A DNA stretch of 64,000 bases from Candidatus Poribacteria bacterium (lineage in GTDB: Bacteria; Poribacteria; WGA-4E; GCA-2687025). The stretch covers positions 736,001-800,000 of the forward strand of contig OY762492.1 in the NCBI GenBank assembly GCA_963665845.2, in the 5' to 3' direction. The translations under genes were made by a program, and so were the position numbers. This document shows, in pieces, positions 21,332-30,991 of this stretch. The notes below the pieces were generated by a model. The model made no database searches. It was not told where the DNA came from and worked only from the letters and a program-made list of their open reading frames with translations. Numbering within the stretch: the stretch's first letter is position 1; each line of letters opens with the position of its first letter.

Positions 21332-21420
21332 AATTCCGCTCCTTTTGGGTTATTATGAGGCATCGCGCCGCGCAAGTAAAGCGGCGGCGCTTGCATAAAT
21401 GCATCAACAGAAAGGAACGC

Positions 21421-22266
21421 ATGCGAACCTATCCGCTTCAAGGCGGCATCGACCTGAACGCCGTTTTAACAATGGGGCAAACCTTCGTCTGGAAACAGCG
21501 CGGCGAATGGCATGTCGGCGCCATCGGCGGACAGGTTGTTCGCGTGAAAACGGAGAACGGCGGCGCAACGCTCATTGTCGACGCGGCCTACGCGCCGGAC
21601 GACCGTCCGCGGCGCTACTTTGACGTCGACAGAGACATGTCCTCCTTCCGCCGAGAGATCGCCCTCCGCTGTACGGACGCCGCGAGAGCCGCCGCGCAGT
21701 TTCCGCAGATACGCATGCTTCGGCAGCCGCTGTGGGAATGCCTTGCCGGCTTCTTGCTTTCGTCGGTCAACAACATCAAGCGGATCGCCCGTATCGTTGA
21801 GAACCTGTCGCAAAGTTTAGGGGAGGAGCAAATTGTCGGCGGACAAAAAGAGCGCGCCTTTCCCTCCGCCGAAGCGGTCGCCGAAACGTCCATTGAGAGC
21901 CTATACGCCCTTGGAACCGGCTTTCGCGCCAGAGGACTTCAAGCCGCCGCAAAAGCGGTTCGGGACGGCAAGCTGGACGCCGAGTCGCTTCGGCGCGCGC
22001 CGATGGAGCAGGCGCGTCAAACGCTCATGGGGCTGCGCGGCGTCGGACCGAAGATTGCGGACTGCGTCTTGCTGTATGCGCTAGACCATGCGCGCGCCTT
22101 TCCGCTGGATGTGTGGATGCTGCGGGAAATGCGGCGGATCTATTTTAAAGGAGAAGAGACGCCAGCGGCTGAAATACAAGCGTTCGCGCAGGCGCGTTTC
22201 GGCGGGTTGGCGGGCTACGCGCAGCTTTATCTATACCACGCGGCGCGTATGCGTCAACGGGGCTAA
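21421..22266 (+). CDS. 8-oxoguanine DNA glycosylase (OGG1-like, HhH-GPD)
   Basis: GQTFVW, RMLRQPLWECL..FLLSSVNNIKRI, GFRA, GVGPKIADCVLL, FPLDVW, AGYAQLYLY. Confidence 0.9.
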   Translation: MRTYPLQGGIDLNAVLTMGQTFVWKQRGEWHVGAIGGQVVRVKTENGGATLIVDAAYAPDDRPRRYFDVDRDMSSFRREIALRCTDAARAAAQFPQIRMLRQPLWECLAGFLLSSVNNIKRIARIVENLSQSLGEEQIVGGQKERAFPSAEAVAETSIESLYALGTGFRARGLQAAAKAVRDGKLDAESLRRAPMEQARQTLMGLRGVGPKIADCVLLYALDHARAFPLDVWMLREMRRIYFKGEETPAAEIQAFAQARFGGLAGYAQLYLYHAARMRQRG

Positions 22267-22272
22267 CGGCGC

Positions 22273-22400
22273 GGTAGTACGCTTATACGGGGCATTCATT
22301 ATTGCCCGTAAAGCGTCCGCGCCGCGCTGTACTCCGGCGCAAGCAGGAATCCAGAAACAGCATCCACCCGCCGACACGTTCTTGCTCAAGCGCATACTTC
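22273..22400. repeat. Degenerate IS1-derived MITE-like copy with a decayed palindrome
   Basis: GGTAGTACGCTTATACG...TAAAGCGTCCGCGCCG...CTCCGGCGCAAGCAGGAATCC. Confidence 0.6.
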
Positions 22401-22700
22401 CAGAGATATGGTTGATTGCGCGGGGTAAAGCGTTATACTTATAGGTGAGCGTCGCCAGAATTTCGGCGCGTTTGAGCGTCGTGGAGCTGTGCGGATAATG
22501 TGTTTTCATCTAAGATATGCTATGATGGAGCGGGCAACATTGTTACTGGTGACCTGAATGGCATTTGTCAAGATTTTTTTTCAACGAATAATTGAGGCAA
22601 CAGAGGCGGTTTTCAGCCATATCGCTGCTGGGGGCTATTGCGCCGTTTCAACGGCTGCTCCTTGGGTCAAGGCTGCCTGAAAGGAAACGGAAGGATTGCC

Positions 22701-23051
22701 ATGCGACAAAAATTCGCATTAGCGTTTGTGATTTTGACGATCTTATTCTGCGGCATGATGGTGTGCGCAGGAACGGTGAATTTCGACCATGATGTTCCCG
22801 AGAAAAGTTCGATGATCGTTCCCGTGGAGGAATGCGTCGCTATTTTGAATGGACATGAAATTTCTGATCACGTGGGTGTCAACGACCTGACCGTGAGTCG
22901 GCATCGTCCGGATGATTCAGAACATCAAGCAGGGCTGTTGGCAAAGCGCGCCTGCAATTTTGGATCGAGTGTCGCGGCAAGAAAAAAGACAGCCGATGGC
23001 GGCAGGGTCCACAAGAAAATTCAGCGCAGAGCGGCAGAGGAGACGAGTTGA
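22701..23051 (+). CDS. Hypothetical protein with a signal-peptide-like N-terminus
   Basis: AAGGA upstream; MRQKFALAFVILTILFCG; stop overlaps the trpC start. Confidence 0.45.
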   Translation: MRQKFALAFVILTILFCGMMVCAGTVNFDHDVPEKSSMIVPVEECVAILNGHEISDHVGVNDLTVSRHRPDDSEHQAGLLAKRACNFGSSVAARKKTADGGRVHKKIQRRAAEETS

Positions 23052-23983
23052 TGCCCCTTGATGAAATCCTGCGGCTCAAACGAAAAGAACTGAAGAGAGA
23101 GAAGAAGCAAAGGCCGCTTTCTGGTCTTCGTCGCGCTGCCGAAAAGGGTGGTCAGCCTCGATCCTTTGCCGACGCTTTACGCTCCAATGGAAACGTACGA
23201 ATCATCGGCGAGGTCAAGAAGGCGTCGCCGTCCAAAGGCGTCATCAAGGAAAATTTTGATCATGTCGCCATTGCGAAAGAATACGAGGCTGCTGGAGTGG
23301 GCGCCCTCTCCGTCCTCACAGAGAAATCCAAATTCGAAGGCAATCTGCGATTCCTTAAGGAGATTCGCAAAGCCGTGAATCTGCCGATCCTGCGCAAAGA
23401 CTTCCTGCTGGATGAATACCATATCTGGCAAGCGCGCGCGGCGGGCGCAGACGCTGTTCTGCTCATCGTTGCAATCCTGGAAGACGATGAACTCAAAGCG
23501 CTCAACGAACTGGCCGCCCGGCTAGGCATGGACGCGATCATTGAGGTTCATAACGAAGAAGAGATGGAACGAGCTCTCCACATCGAACCTAGAATTCTCG
23601 GCGTCAACAACCGCGACCTCAGCACCTTTGAGACACACTTGGACACCACATCAAAGCTCAAAGAGATTTTTGACGCACATGAGCTCAGCCGAAAAGATTG
23701 TGTGTTTGTCAGCGAAAGCGGCATCCACAACAGCGACCACATGCGCCTGCTTAAAAAACTCCGGGTGGACGCCGCTCTCATTGGTGAATCGTTCATGAGG
23801 GCGGATTCCATTGCCGAAAAGATGAACGAGTTTCGGCAGAAAAGCGATCATCAGCTGCGCAATGAAAGCATGCGTTCTTTGACCCGTTTCCAAAGCTCAG
23901 ATGAAATAGAGAGAAGGGGAGATGAGCGTCCGCGTCAAAATATGCGGCGTCGCGCGCATGGAGGACGCGCTGGCGGCGTATAA
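23051..23983 (+). CDS. trpC: Indole-3-glycerol phosphate synthase
   Basis: IIGEVKKASPSKG, LSVLTE, LRKDF, GADAVLLI, GVNNRDL, VSESG, LIGESFM; C-terminal extension overlaps trpF. Confidence 0.95.
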   Translation: MPLDEILRLKRKELKREKKQRPLSGLRRAAEKGGQPRSFADALRSNGNVRIIGEVKKASPSKGVIKENFDHVAIAKEYEAAGVGALSVLTEKSKFEGNLRFLKEIRKAVNLPILRKDFLLDEYHIWQARAAGADAVLLIVAILEDDELKALNELAARLGMDAIIEVHNEEEMERALHIEPRILGVNNRDLSTFETHLDTTSKLKEIFDAHELSRKDCVFVSESGIHNSDHMRLLKKLRVDAALIGESFMRADSIAEKMNEFRQKSDHQLRNESMRSLTRFQSSDEIERRGDERPRQNMRRRAHGGRAGGV

Positions 23984-24554
23984 GGCGGGGGCGGACGCTC
24001 TCGGCTTCGTGTTTTATCCAAAAAGCCCGCGCTGCGTCTCCGTTGAAACGGCGCGGGAGATTGCGGAGGCGCTGCCGCCGTTTGCCTCGTCGGTCGGCGT
24101 TTTTGTGGACGCGCCGATGGAGCATGTGAAACGGACGGCGGAACGGGTCGGGCTGCGCGCCGTTCAGCTGCATGGAAACGAGACGCCTGAATACGCCGCC
24201 GCGCTGGACATACCTTATATAAAGGCGTTTCGGGTGCGCGATGCTGTCGATTTTCCGTTTGAGGCGTATGAAGGAGCCGCCGCGTTTCTGCTGGACGCCT
24301 ACGTCAAAGGGGAGCCGGGAGGGACAGGGCGCGCCTTTCGGTGGGAATTGGCGCGGGAGGCATGCCGACAGCGGCGCGTCATTCTCGCCGGCGGCTTGAC
24401 TCCAGAAAACGCGGCAAAAGCGGTTCAGGCGGTTCAACCGCATGCGCTGGATGTGAGCAGCGGCGTGGAGGTCTCGCCCGGCGTCAAAGACCATGCGAAG
24501 ACGGCGGCGTTTATCCGTACCGCAAAGGCGGTTCGATTCGTATCAATTCTGTAG
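23922..24554 (+). CDS. trpF: Phosphoribosylanthranilate isomerase
   Basis: VKICG, SPRCV, VGVFV, VQLHGNE, GGTG, LAGGL, DVSSGVE. Confidence 0.95.
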   Translation: MSVRVKICGVARMEDALAAYKAGADALGFVFYPKSPRCVSVETAREIAEALPPFASSVGVFVDAPMEHVKRTAERVGLRAVQLHGNETPEYAAALDIPYIKAFRVRDAVDFPFEAYEGAAAFLLDAYVKGEPGGTGRAFRWELAREACRQRRVILAGGLTPENAAKAVQAVQPHALDVSSGVEVSPGVKDHAKTAAFIRTAKAVRFVSIL

Positions 24555-24613
24555 CCCGATCTTTTTTCGTTGAGACATCTCGGCGGGCGAAAGCGGACGG
24601 TTTCTTCGCCGCC

Positions 24614-24702
24614 TCTGGATTCCCGCTTGCGCGGGAATGACGAGGAGGGGCGCGGGAATGACGAGGAGGGGCGCGGGAATGACGAGGAGGGGCGCGGGAA
24701 TG
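24614..24702. repeat. Palindrome plus three tandem 21-bp half-site units (CGCGGGAATGACGAGGAGGGG)
   Basis: Read directly. Confidence 0.9.
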
Positions 24703-24768
24703 ATGGCGAGCGGGACGACGGTTTTTCCGCTTTTATCGTGGCTCTTTAAGCATGAAGCCGGAAAAACA

Positions 24769-24799
24769 TTGACACATGCCGCCATGCGCAAGGTATAAT
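24769..24799 (+). promoter_or_regulatory. Putative sigma70 promoter of prs (TTGACA-19 nt-TATAAT)
   Basis: Two perfect hexamers about 40 nt upstream of the ATG, but with a 19-nt spacer. Confidence 0.55.
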
Positions 24800-24838
24800 T
24801 GAATTGCTTCAGGGAACGGCACACACAAGGGGACGCCC

Positions 24839-25834
24839 ATGTACGCATCCAGCGCCGTGAACGGAGACGAAAACCAGCTGCGCCTGTTCACCGGCACGGC
24901 GCACCCAGGCTTATGCAAAGAGATCGCCGACATACTCGGCGTTACGCTCGGTAAAATACAGATCAGCTCCTTTCCCGACACGGAGACGTGGGTCCAGGTG
25001 GAGGAGAGCGTCCGCGAGTCGGATGTGTTTATCCTCCAGCCGACCGGCCCGCCCGTCAACGACACCCTGATGGAGCTGCTTATCATGCTGGACGCTTTCA
25101 AGAAGGCGTCCGCAGCGTCCGTAACGACGGTGATCCCGTACTTCGGCTACGCAAAGCAGGACCGCAAATCGACGGGGAGGGAGCCGATCACCGCGCGTAT
25201 GGTAGCGGATATACTGATCTGCGCGGGCGCCGACAGGGTCGTCTCCATCGATCTCCATGTGGCGCAGATACAGGGATTCTTCTCCATACCGATGGACCAT
25301 CTGACCGCCTTGACGACGCTTGTCAAATACCTGCGCGAGAAGGATTTGTCGAACGCGGTCGTCGTCGCGCCGGATGTCGGGCGGGCGAAATTTGCTGAAA
25401 AATACGCAGGCTTGCTGGACCTTCCGATGGCGCTGATGCATAAACGCCGCAAGCGCGGAACGGCGCCGGAGGTGGTCGCGCTGGTGGGCGATGTGCGCGG
25501 CAAGACGCCGATCATCGTAGACGACATGATCACGACGGGCGGGACCATCTCCAACTCGGCGAAGGCGCTGACGGAGGCGGGCGCCAACCCATCCTACATC
25601 GCGGCGACGCATGGCGTTCTGGTCGGCAACGCGCTGAAGAGCCTGAACCATGAGAGCATCCGCGAGGTGATTGTGACGAACACGGTTCCGATCTCGGCTG
25701 AGAAACGCGCCCAGCTGCCGAAGTTGAGCGTCCTATCGATAGCGCCGCTGCTGGCGGAGGTGATTCGGCGCATCTACAACGGCGAATCGGTGAGCCATGT
25801 GTTTCGGCAGGCGGAGCTGGAGTTTCCTGTTTAA
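24839..25834 (+). CDS. prs: Ribose-phosphate pyrophosphokinase
   Basis: ESVRESDVF, PYFGYAKQDRK, DLHVAQIQGFF, VAPDVG, IVDDMITTGGT. Confidence 0.95.
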   Translation: MYASSAVNGDENQLRLFTGTAHPGLCKEIADILGVTLGKIQISSFPDTETWVQVEESVRESDVFILQPTGPPVNDTLMELLIMLDAFKKASAASVTTVIPYFGYAKQDRKSTGREPITARMVADILICAGADRVVSIDLHVAQIQGFFSIPMDHLTALTTLVKYLREKDLSNAVVVAPDVGRAKFAEKYAGLLDLPMALMHKRRKRGTAPEVVALVGDVRGKTPIIVDDMITTGGTISNSAKALTEAGANPSYIAATHGVLVGNALKSLNHESIREVIVTNTVPISAEKRAQLPKLSVLSIAPLLAEVIRRIYNGESVSHVFRQAELEFPV

Positions 25835-25964
25835 AAAGACAGGAGCGTCCTCATGCGTTGGCGCGCGTTTCAGCGCATCTTGCGGAGCCTTGCCGTTTCC
25901 GTCCGCAGTCTGTACTGCATGATATTACAGCGTCGAGGCGAAGGATAAAGGGGTTGACAAAAGA

Positions 25965-26264
25965 ATGACAGAACAGCGACTCAAACGACTACTCCAGTCA
26001 ATCGGCAAAGAGGTGTTCGTCGAATTCTACGAGGCATTTGCCGACCCCCGTCTCCCAAATGATGTAATCGCCGATCGCATAGTCGAGTATGTAAAAGTAA
26101 GAAGACAAAAAAAAGACGTTAGCTACGATGCCGCGATCACCCGGGTCCGTATAGCGCGAAAGATCCTCGAATCTGGAAACGCAAGGGTTGCTTTATTGAA
26201 CTGCTCCCAAAGCAAGATACCCGAAGAATTTCGCCTCAAAGCAAGACGTCTGGCATACGCATGA
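25965..26264 (+). CDS. Hypothetical small helical protein
   Basis: AT-richer 99-aa ORF with AAAGGGG upstream; no family recognised. Confidence 0.6.
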   Translation: MTEQRLKRLLQSIGKEVFVEFYEAFADPRLPNDVIADRIVEYVKVRRQKKDVSYDAAITRVRIARKILESGNARVALLNCSQSKIPEEFRLKARRLAYA

Positions 26265-26397
26265 CTCGGTACCGGGAGGCTTCGCTTTCCAGATCGACAA
26301 ATGGACGCAGCTGGACAGGTTTTTCATACTCGGAACCGCCGGCGGTACCAAGTATGCTGGAGAGTCGGTATAACGCTTGCTTGGCTGGAGTTATGCC

Positions 26398-27156
26398 ATG
26401 AAAATCTCGCACACCGTCGTTGCGTTGGCAGCCTGGTGCGCCATCGTTGGCGTCTTCTTATGGTTATGGCAAGCGGAAAACGCCAAAAGAGCGGAATACA
26501 TTTTAAGCGACATGGAATCGGTCGCTTCTTCGATCCAACGGATAGAAAATGGCGACATAGCATACGCCCAAGCCGCTGTAGAAAAAGCGGCGCAGATCGG
26601 CTCCGAGGAACTGGCGGCGGCAGCGCAAAAGTATCTCCAAGCGGCGCAAAAGTATCTCGCCGCCGAGAAGAAGCTCCTGGACGCAACCGCAGACCAGTTG
26701 CCGGCCCTCAAAGTCAAAGGCTTCTTCAAACGAGCCGATGCGGTGGAGACCGCGCGAAAAAAGCGTTACCAGATGTCCAAAGAAGCGTCCGCCGCCCTCA
26801 AAGAAATGCTCTCCGCGAGCGCAGTGCATGACAGGCTTAAAGATGTTGTAAAGGCGCGCGAATGGATAGAAAACGCCGAGAACTTATCTGCCGCCGCCGA
26901 GAACGATCAACAGCGCGCCGCCGCCGCCCGCTTTCTTGCCGCTGGGCAGAAAGCGGTGTCTTATAAAGAAGGGCTGCTGGCAAAGGTACGGCGCGGAGAG
27001 CAGTTAACGACTGCGGATCTGGAGCAGGCGCGGCCGCTTAGAGAGAATGCAATGCGAATCGACTACGAGGCGCATATGCTTTTCAAGCGTCAGGGCGTGC
27101 GGTTGTGGTGGCTAGACCCCTCATTGAAGCAGGACGCGCCCTCAACGGCGCCGTAA
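26398..27156 (+). CDS. Hypothetical membrane-anchored helical protein
   Basis: GGAG RBS; N-terminal TM helix followed by Ala-rich helices with an internal AAQKYL repeat. Confidence 0.65.
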   Translation: MKISHTVVALAAWCAIVGVFLWLWQAENAKRAEYILSDMESVASSIQRIENGDIAYAQAAVEKAAQIGSEELAAAAQKYLQAAQKYLAAEKKLLDATADQLPALKVKGFFKRADAVETARKKRYQMSKEASAALKEMLSASAVHDRLKDVVKAREWIENAENLSAAAENDQQRAAAARFLAAGQKAVSYKEGLLAKVRRGEQLTTADLEQARPLRENAMRIDYEAHMLFKRQGVRLWWLDPSLKQDAPSTAP

Positions 27157-27175
27157 CGGCCGCCAGCCGCGGATT

Positions 27176-27257
27176 GCGGCGCCTAAGATTCCCGTTTTCA
27201 CGGGAATGACGGTCCCGGTTGGCGGCGCCTAAGATTCCCGTTTTCACGGGAATGACG
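27176..27257. repeat. Two tandem variant palindromes (ATTCCCGTTTTCACGGGAAT)
   Basis: Read directly; stem carries a compensatory G-C to T-A change. Confidence 0.85.
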
Positions 27258-27263
27258 ATTATG

Positions 27264-29177
27264 TCAGGGCCAGAACTGGTAAAGCGAGCGGTCGAAGGCG
27301 ACATCCGCCATGCTCCATGCGTAGCCGAAGACGTAATCGCCGAGAGCGAGACCCAAGAAGAACGGAACCGCCTTGCGGTACGCCCCCAATCCGCCCTGCT
27401 TCAAGATCAGCGCCTTCAACGCCCATGCCACAAACAGCGGACACCATAAATTAAACATGCCCCAGCTGCCCGACATCGCATACCCAAGCGGATGCAGCGG
27501 CCACCATAAAAAGCGCATCCGAAGCCACATCATAACGCCTCCGACCGCCGCCCCAAAGCCGGTCATCCCGACAGCGAACCCGTCCGTTTCGGTCGGAAAT
27601 GAGAGCCAGCGGTCCAGCCCGCGAAACGTCCCGCGGCCGAAACCGAGCGCCCATGGTCCGTAATGCCCCGTGTCCGCGCCGTGCGTGTAGTAATGGCGCG
27701 TCAACATCGTTAGCGTCAAGACGGTTCCGACCAGCGTTGCGATCATCAGCGCCAGCGCAAAACGGCGCGGCGACGCCCGCTCCCGCTCCGCTATCTTGAA
27801 CGCCTCCAGCTGCGCGGGGGACGGATGCGCCCGATACGCGCGATTGAAAAAGTTATACAGCGCGAAGATCGTTAAGTTGCGCGGACCGAGGCGGCGCGTC
27901 CCGTAAAAATCGATCAGGACGCCATGCGGATCGATGTTATGCAGGTCATGCACAATGAATCCCAGCTCCGCCCGCATGCGCGCGATGATCGTCCCCAGCG
28001 CGAAATAGATCGCAAAAAAGAGAACGAACACCCAGAGCGACATTCCCGCCCGAACCGAAAACAGCGCCAGAAACGTACCCGAAAGCAGCAGCCCGACAAA
28101 CGCGGCGCGGTACGGCATCGCCTCTTCATCGTCGCCTCCTCCGCCTTTAAAAACGGTACGAAACGCGCTCATCAGATGGCGGCGCGCCGTCCATAACGCA
28201 AACGCCAAGACCGCCATATAAGCGCCGAACCCCTGCTGGTCGGCGAACGGGTAGCCGCTGATCTGGTTCAAACCGAACACGCGCCCGACCCATATCTCCA
28301 GCTTGTAGACCCAGTAAAAAACCCAGCATGAAAACAGCAGATCCAGCGGCATTAAAAACGAGACGCCGATCGCAAACGGGTAAAACGCGACCCGTATCGC
28401 GCCAAAATTGCGCAAGCCGAGCATGCGGTGAATGTTCTGCCGTTTCACAGGGATATACGGAACCTCCGGGAAAATGGAGTTCAGCAGGTTCATGAGGCTG
28501 ATGAACCCGGCGATGCCGAAGCCGAGCCACATGAGCCGTTTTTTGAAAAAACTGCCGCCGGGTTCTGTCATCTCCAGCGGCAGCTGAATGATCGGATAGG
28601 AGAGCCGCTCCCGTTCAATCCACTGCTTGCGCAGGAAAGTGTTGACGCACAGCAGCGCCAAAAACAGGGCGAACACAAAGCCTGTCCACCACAGATACGG
28701 GCCGATCCACGCCGAGAGATGCCGCCGCGTGAAAAAGGAGCTTTCCCCCTCATAAAACGGCGCGCGGACATCAGGGTCGGAAATGACAAGCCAGTCCGGC
28801 AGAAGCGGAATGAAAGTGTCGCGCCACTCGTTTTCAGGCGTCGCAAACTGAAACGGGTACGGCAGCAGCGTCACCAGTATTTCCAGCAGGTCATGCGTGC
28901 AGAGCGTCGAGACGACGCCGAGGATGAGATAGACGGTCAGCAGCTCTGTTGAGGAGAGGGCGGCCCGCGGCCAGAACCGCTTCACAACGGCGTTGACGCC
29001 CATGACGCAAAAGACGGTGAAGACCACATTGGAGAGCGGATGCGCCATCGTCGGATGGGTGTAACGGACAACCTCCATCTCGATGAGCCAGTAGATCATC
29101 CCCGGCATGAGAAGAAGGCCGAGGAGAACGGCGCGGAACGTTACGCCGCGCTTCGGCGCCTTTTCAGCCCGCTTCAT
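27264..29177 (-). CDS. Polytopic membrane protein, DUF6785/DUF6784-like (putative OPT-related transporter)
   Basis: RAVLLG, ELLTVY, RKQWIERERLSYPIIQLP, RMRAELG, FLWWPLHPLGY, PFFLGL. Confidence 0.75.
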   Translation of the reverse strand: MKRAEKAPKRGVTFRAVLLGLLLMPGMIYWLIEMEVVRYTHPTMAHPLSNVVFTVFCVMGVNAVVKRFWPRAALSSTELLTVYLILGVVSTLCTHDLLEILVTLLPYPFQFATPENEWRDTFIPLLPDWLVISDPDVRAPFYEGESSFFTRRHLSAWIGPYLWWTGFVFALFLALLCVNTFLRKQWIERERLSYPIIQLPLEMTEPGGSFFKKRLMWLGFGIAGFISLMNLLNSIFPEVPYIPVKRQNIHRMLGLRNFGAIRVAFYPFAIGVSFLMPLDLLFSCWVFYWVYKLEIWVGRVFGLNQISGYPFADQQGFGAYMAVLAFALWTARRHLMSAFRTVFKGGGGDDEEAMPYRAAFVGLLLSGTFLALFSVRAGMSLWVFVLFFAIYFALGTIIARMRAELGFIVHDLHNIDPHGVLIDFYGTRRLGPRNLTIFALYNFFNRAYRAHPSPAQLEAFKIAERERASPRRFALALMIATLVGTVLTLTMLTRHYYTHGADTGHYGPWALGFGRGTFRGLDRWLSFPTETDGFAVGMTGFGAAVGGVMMWLRMRFLWWPLHPLGYAMSGSWGMFNLWCPLFVAWALKALILKQGGLGAYRKAVPFFLGLALGDYVFGYAWSMADVAFDRSLYQFWP

Positions 29178-29553
29178 GTCGCGTCCATTTTCTGACCTTT
29201 CAAACGTCATTCCCGCGGCCGGGTCGTCATTCCCGCGTAAGCGGGAATCTTAAGGCATCGCAATCGCGCCCGCCCTTTAAAACCCCCCTAGCCCCCCTTT
29301 TCAAGGGGGGAATCGGACGCGCCGCCGCATGTTGCCCCGTCCATTAAAAGAACGTAAAATCATACGCCGATACGCCGCTTCAGCGCAAGGACTGGATGAT
29401 GAAACGAACCGCCGTTTCGAGGGGTCGTCATTCCCGCGCCCACTTCCTGTCATTCCCGCGTAAGCGGGAATCTAGAGGCGCTGAAGACGACGTCTGCCTT
29501 TGCGGTAAGACGTCATGCCGACATGCCCCAACTAAAGATGTAAGGTCATCTCA

Positions 29554-30090
29554 ATGATGAAACGAACCGCCCTGTTTGCCGCCCTGCTTCTCCTGTTGAA
29601 CGCATGCGGCTCCAGCGATCCGCCGGCGGAGCCGAACGGCGGCAAGCCGACCGATCCGAACGGTCCAACCGTCAAGCCGCCGGAACCTCTGCCAGGCCTC
29701 CCAGAGTCGACCGCAGGGTTCGATACATGGCTCAAAATGAACGCGGAGCCGATACCGCCGAAGCCGTCCGATCCGCACCGCGGAACAAAGGACGTGTTCA
29801 TCAATCAAACGCGGGAAGCGGTCGCGCCCGGCGGCGAGAATCGATATCCGTACCCTGACGGGACGATCATCGTCAAGTCTGCCGTCCGCCCCGACAAGGA
29901 TTTCATCGGCCTCGTCGCGGTCATGACAAAGGCGAAGGGAACGAACCCGAACCATAACGACTGGGAATTCATCGAGTATTTGCGCGAGGATGCCGACAGC
30001 CCGTTTCGAAAAGCGTTCGAAGGGCGGCTGTGCGAAAACTGCCACGTCAAAGCCGCCGACACCGACTACAGCTTCACGGTCTTAGAATGA
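29554..30090 (+). CDS. Cytochrome P460-family lipoprotein
   Basis: Lipobox LNAC, Pro-rich linker, YPDGTIIVK, VAVMTK, DWEF, C-terminal CENCH. Confidence 0.8.
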   Translation: MMKRTALFAALLLLLNACGSSDPPAEPNGGKPTDPNGPTVKPPEPLPGLPESTAGFDTWLKMNAEPIPPKPSDPHRGTKDVFINQTREAVAPGGENRYPYPDGTIIVKSAVRPDKDFIGLVAVMTKAKGTNPNHNDWEFIEYLREDADSPFRKAFEGRLCENCHVKAADTDYSFTVLE

Positions 30091-30140
30091 CGGGCTGCGG
30101 ACAGCGGACAACGGGCTTTGCCATTTCCGCTCGCCCAAAA

Positions 30141-30330
30141 CTGACCTCATGCCTAAAGTTGGGACATTTGGACGACCAAAGCCTTTATTCATGGAAAAAA
30201 GCTCCGCCAACCAAACCGTTCCCCGCTTCCGCGAGGACATGCATTCCCGCGCAAGCGGGAATCTAGAGGCGCCGCAGAAACCGTCCGCGTTCGCGCCGTC
30301 GCCATGTCCCAACTATAGACGTTAGGTCAG
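30141..30330 (+). mobile_element. MITE-like element A (27-bp imperfect TIRs, internal palindrome)
   Basis: CTGACCTCATGCCTAAAGTTGGGACAT ... ATGTCCCAACTATAGACGTTAGGTCAG (23/27 match). Confidence 0.85.
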
Positions 30331-30416
30331 CCCAGAACGCTTGCATTCAAAACCCGCCTATGATACGAATAAGCAATGCAATACTGCGAACCATACATGC
30401 GAAATGAAGGACGCAT

Positions 30417-30917
30417 ATGAACAAAACGCTGCTGCTAACGCTGGCCGCCGCCTTTCTCTTCATCGGATGCGGCGAGGACGACGACCACGACGACCACGAC
30501 CACGATCATCATGGACTGCCCGCGTCGATCGACGGGTATGAGAGCTGGATGACGCTGAAGCTTCCGACGGACCCGCCGGTGGATGTTCCGCATGAAGGAA
30601 CCAAGACAGTGTATGTGAACCAGACGCGCGAGGCGCTTGCGCCGAACGGGAAGCAGGCTTTTCCGTATCCGGACGGAACGATCATCGTCAAGGCGGGAAT
30701 CGGGCCGGATCTCGACTTTACCAGCTTCGTCGCGGTCATGACGAAAAAGGCAGGCGCCGTTGAGGAAGCCAACGACTGGCTCTTCGTGAAATACGCCCGC
30801 GAATCAGCCGACGCCGACTTCACGATACTGGGCCAAGGCCCCCCTGACGGCGAAGGATGCGTCGGATGCCACAGCGCCGCTGCGGAGTCCGACTACAGCT
30901 TCTCCTTTTTAGAATAA
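30417..30917 (+). CDS. Cytochrome P460-family lipoprotein, paralog with His/Asp-rich linker
   Basis: Lipobox FIGC, EDDDHDDHDHDHH, YPDGTIIVK, CVGCH. Confidence 0.8.
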   Translation: MNKTLLLTLAAAFLFIGCGEDDDHDDHDHDHHGLPASIDGYESWMTLKLPTDPPVDVPHEGTKTVYVNQTREALAPNGKQAFPYPDGTIIVKAGIGPDLDFTSFVAVMTKKAGAVEEANDWLFVKYARESADADFTILGQGPPDGEGCVGCHSAAAESDYSFSFLE

Positions 30918-30991
30918 ACCGAGCCGCGCCCGCGCCCGTCTATTAAACGAACCGAGACGGGCAGATTCCTATCAACATCTAGGAAATCGAC

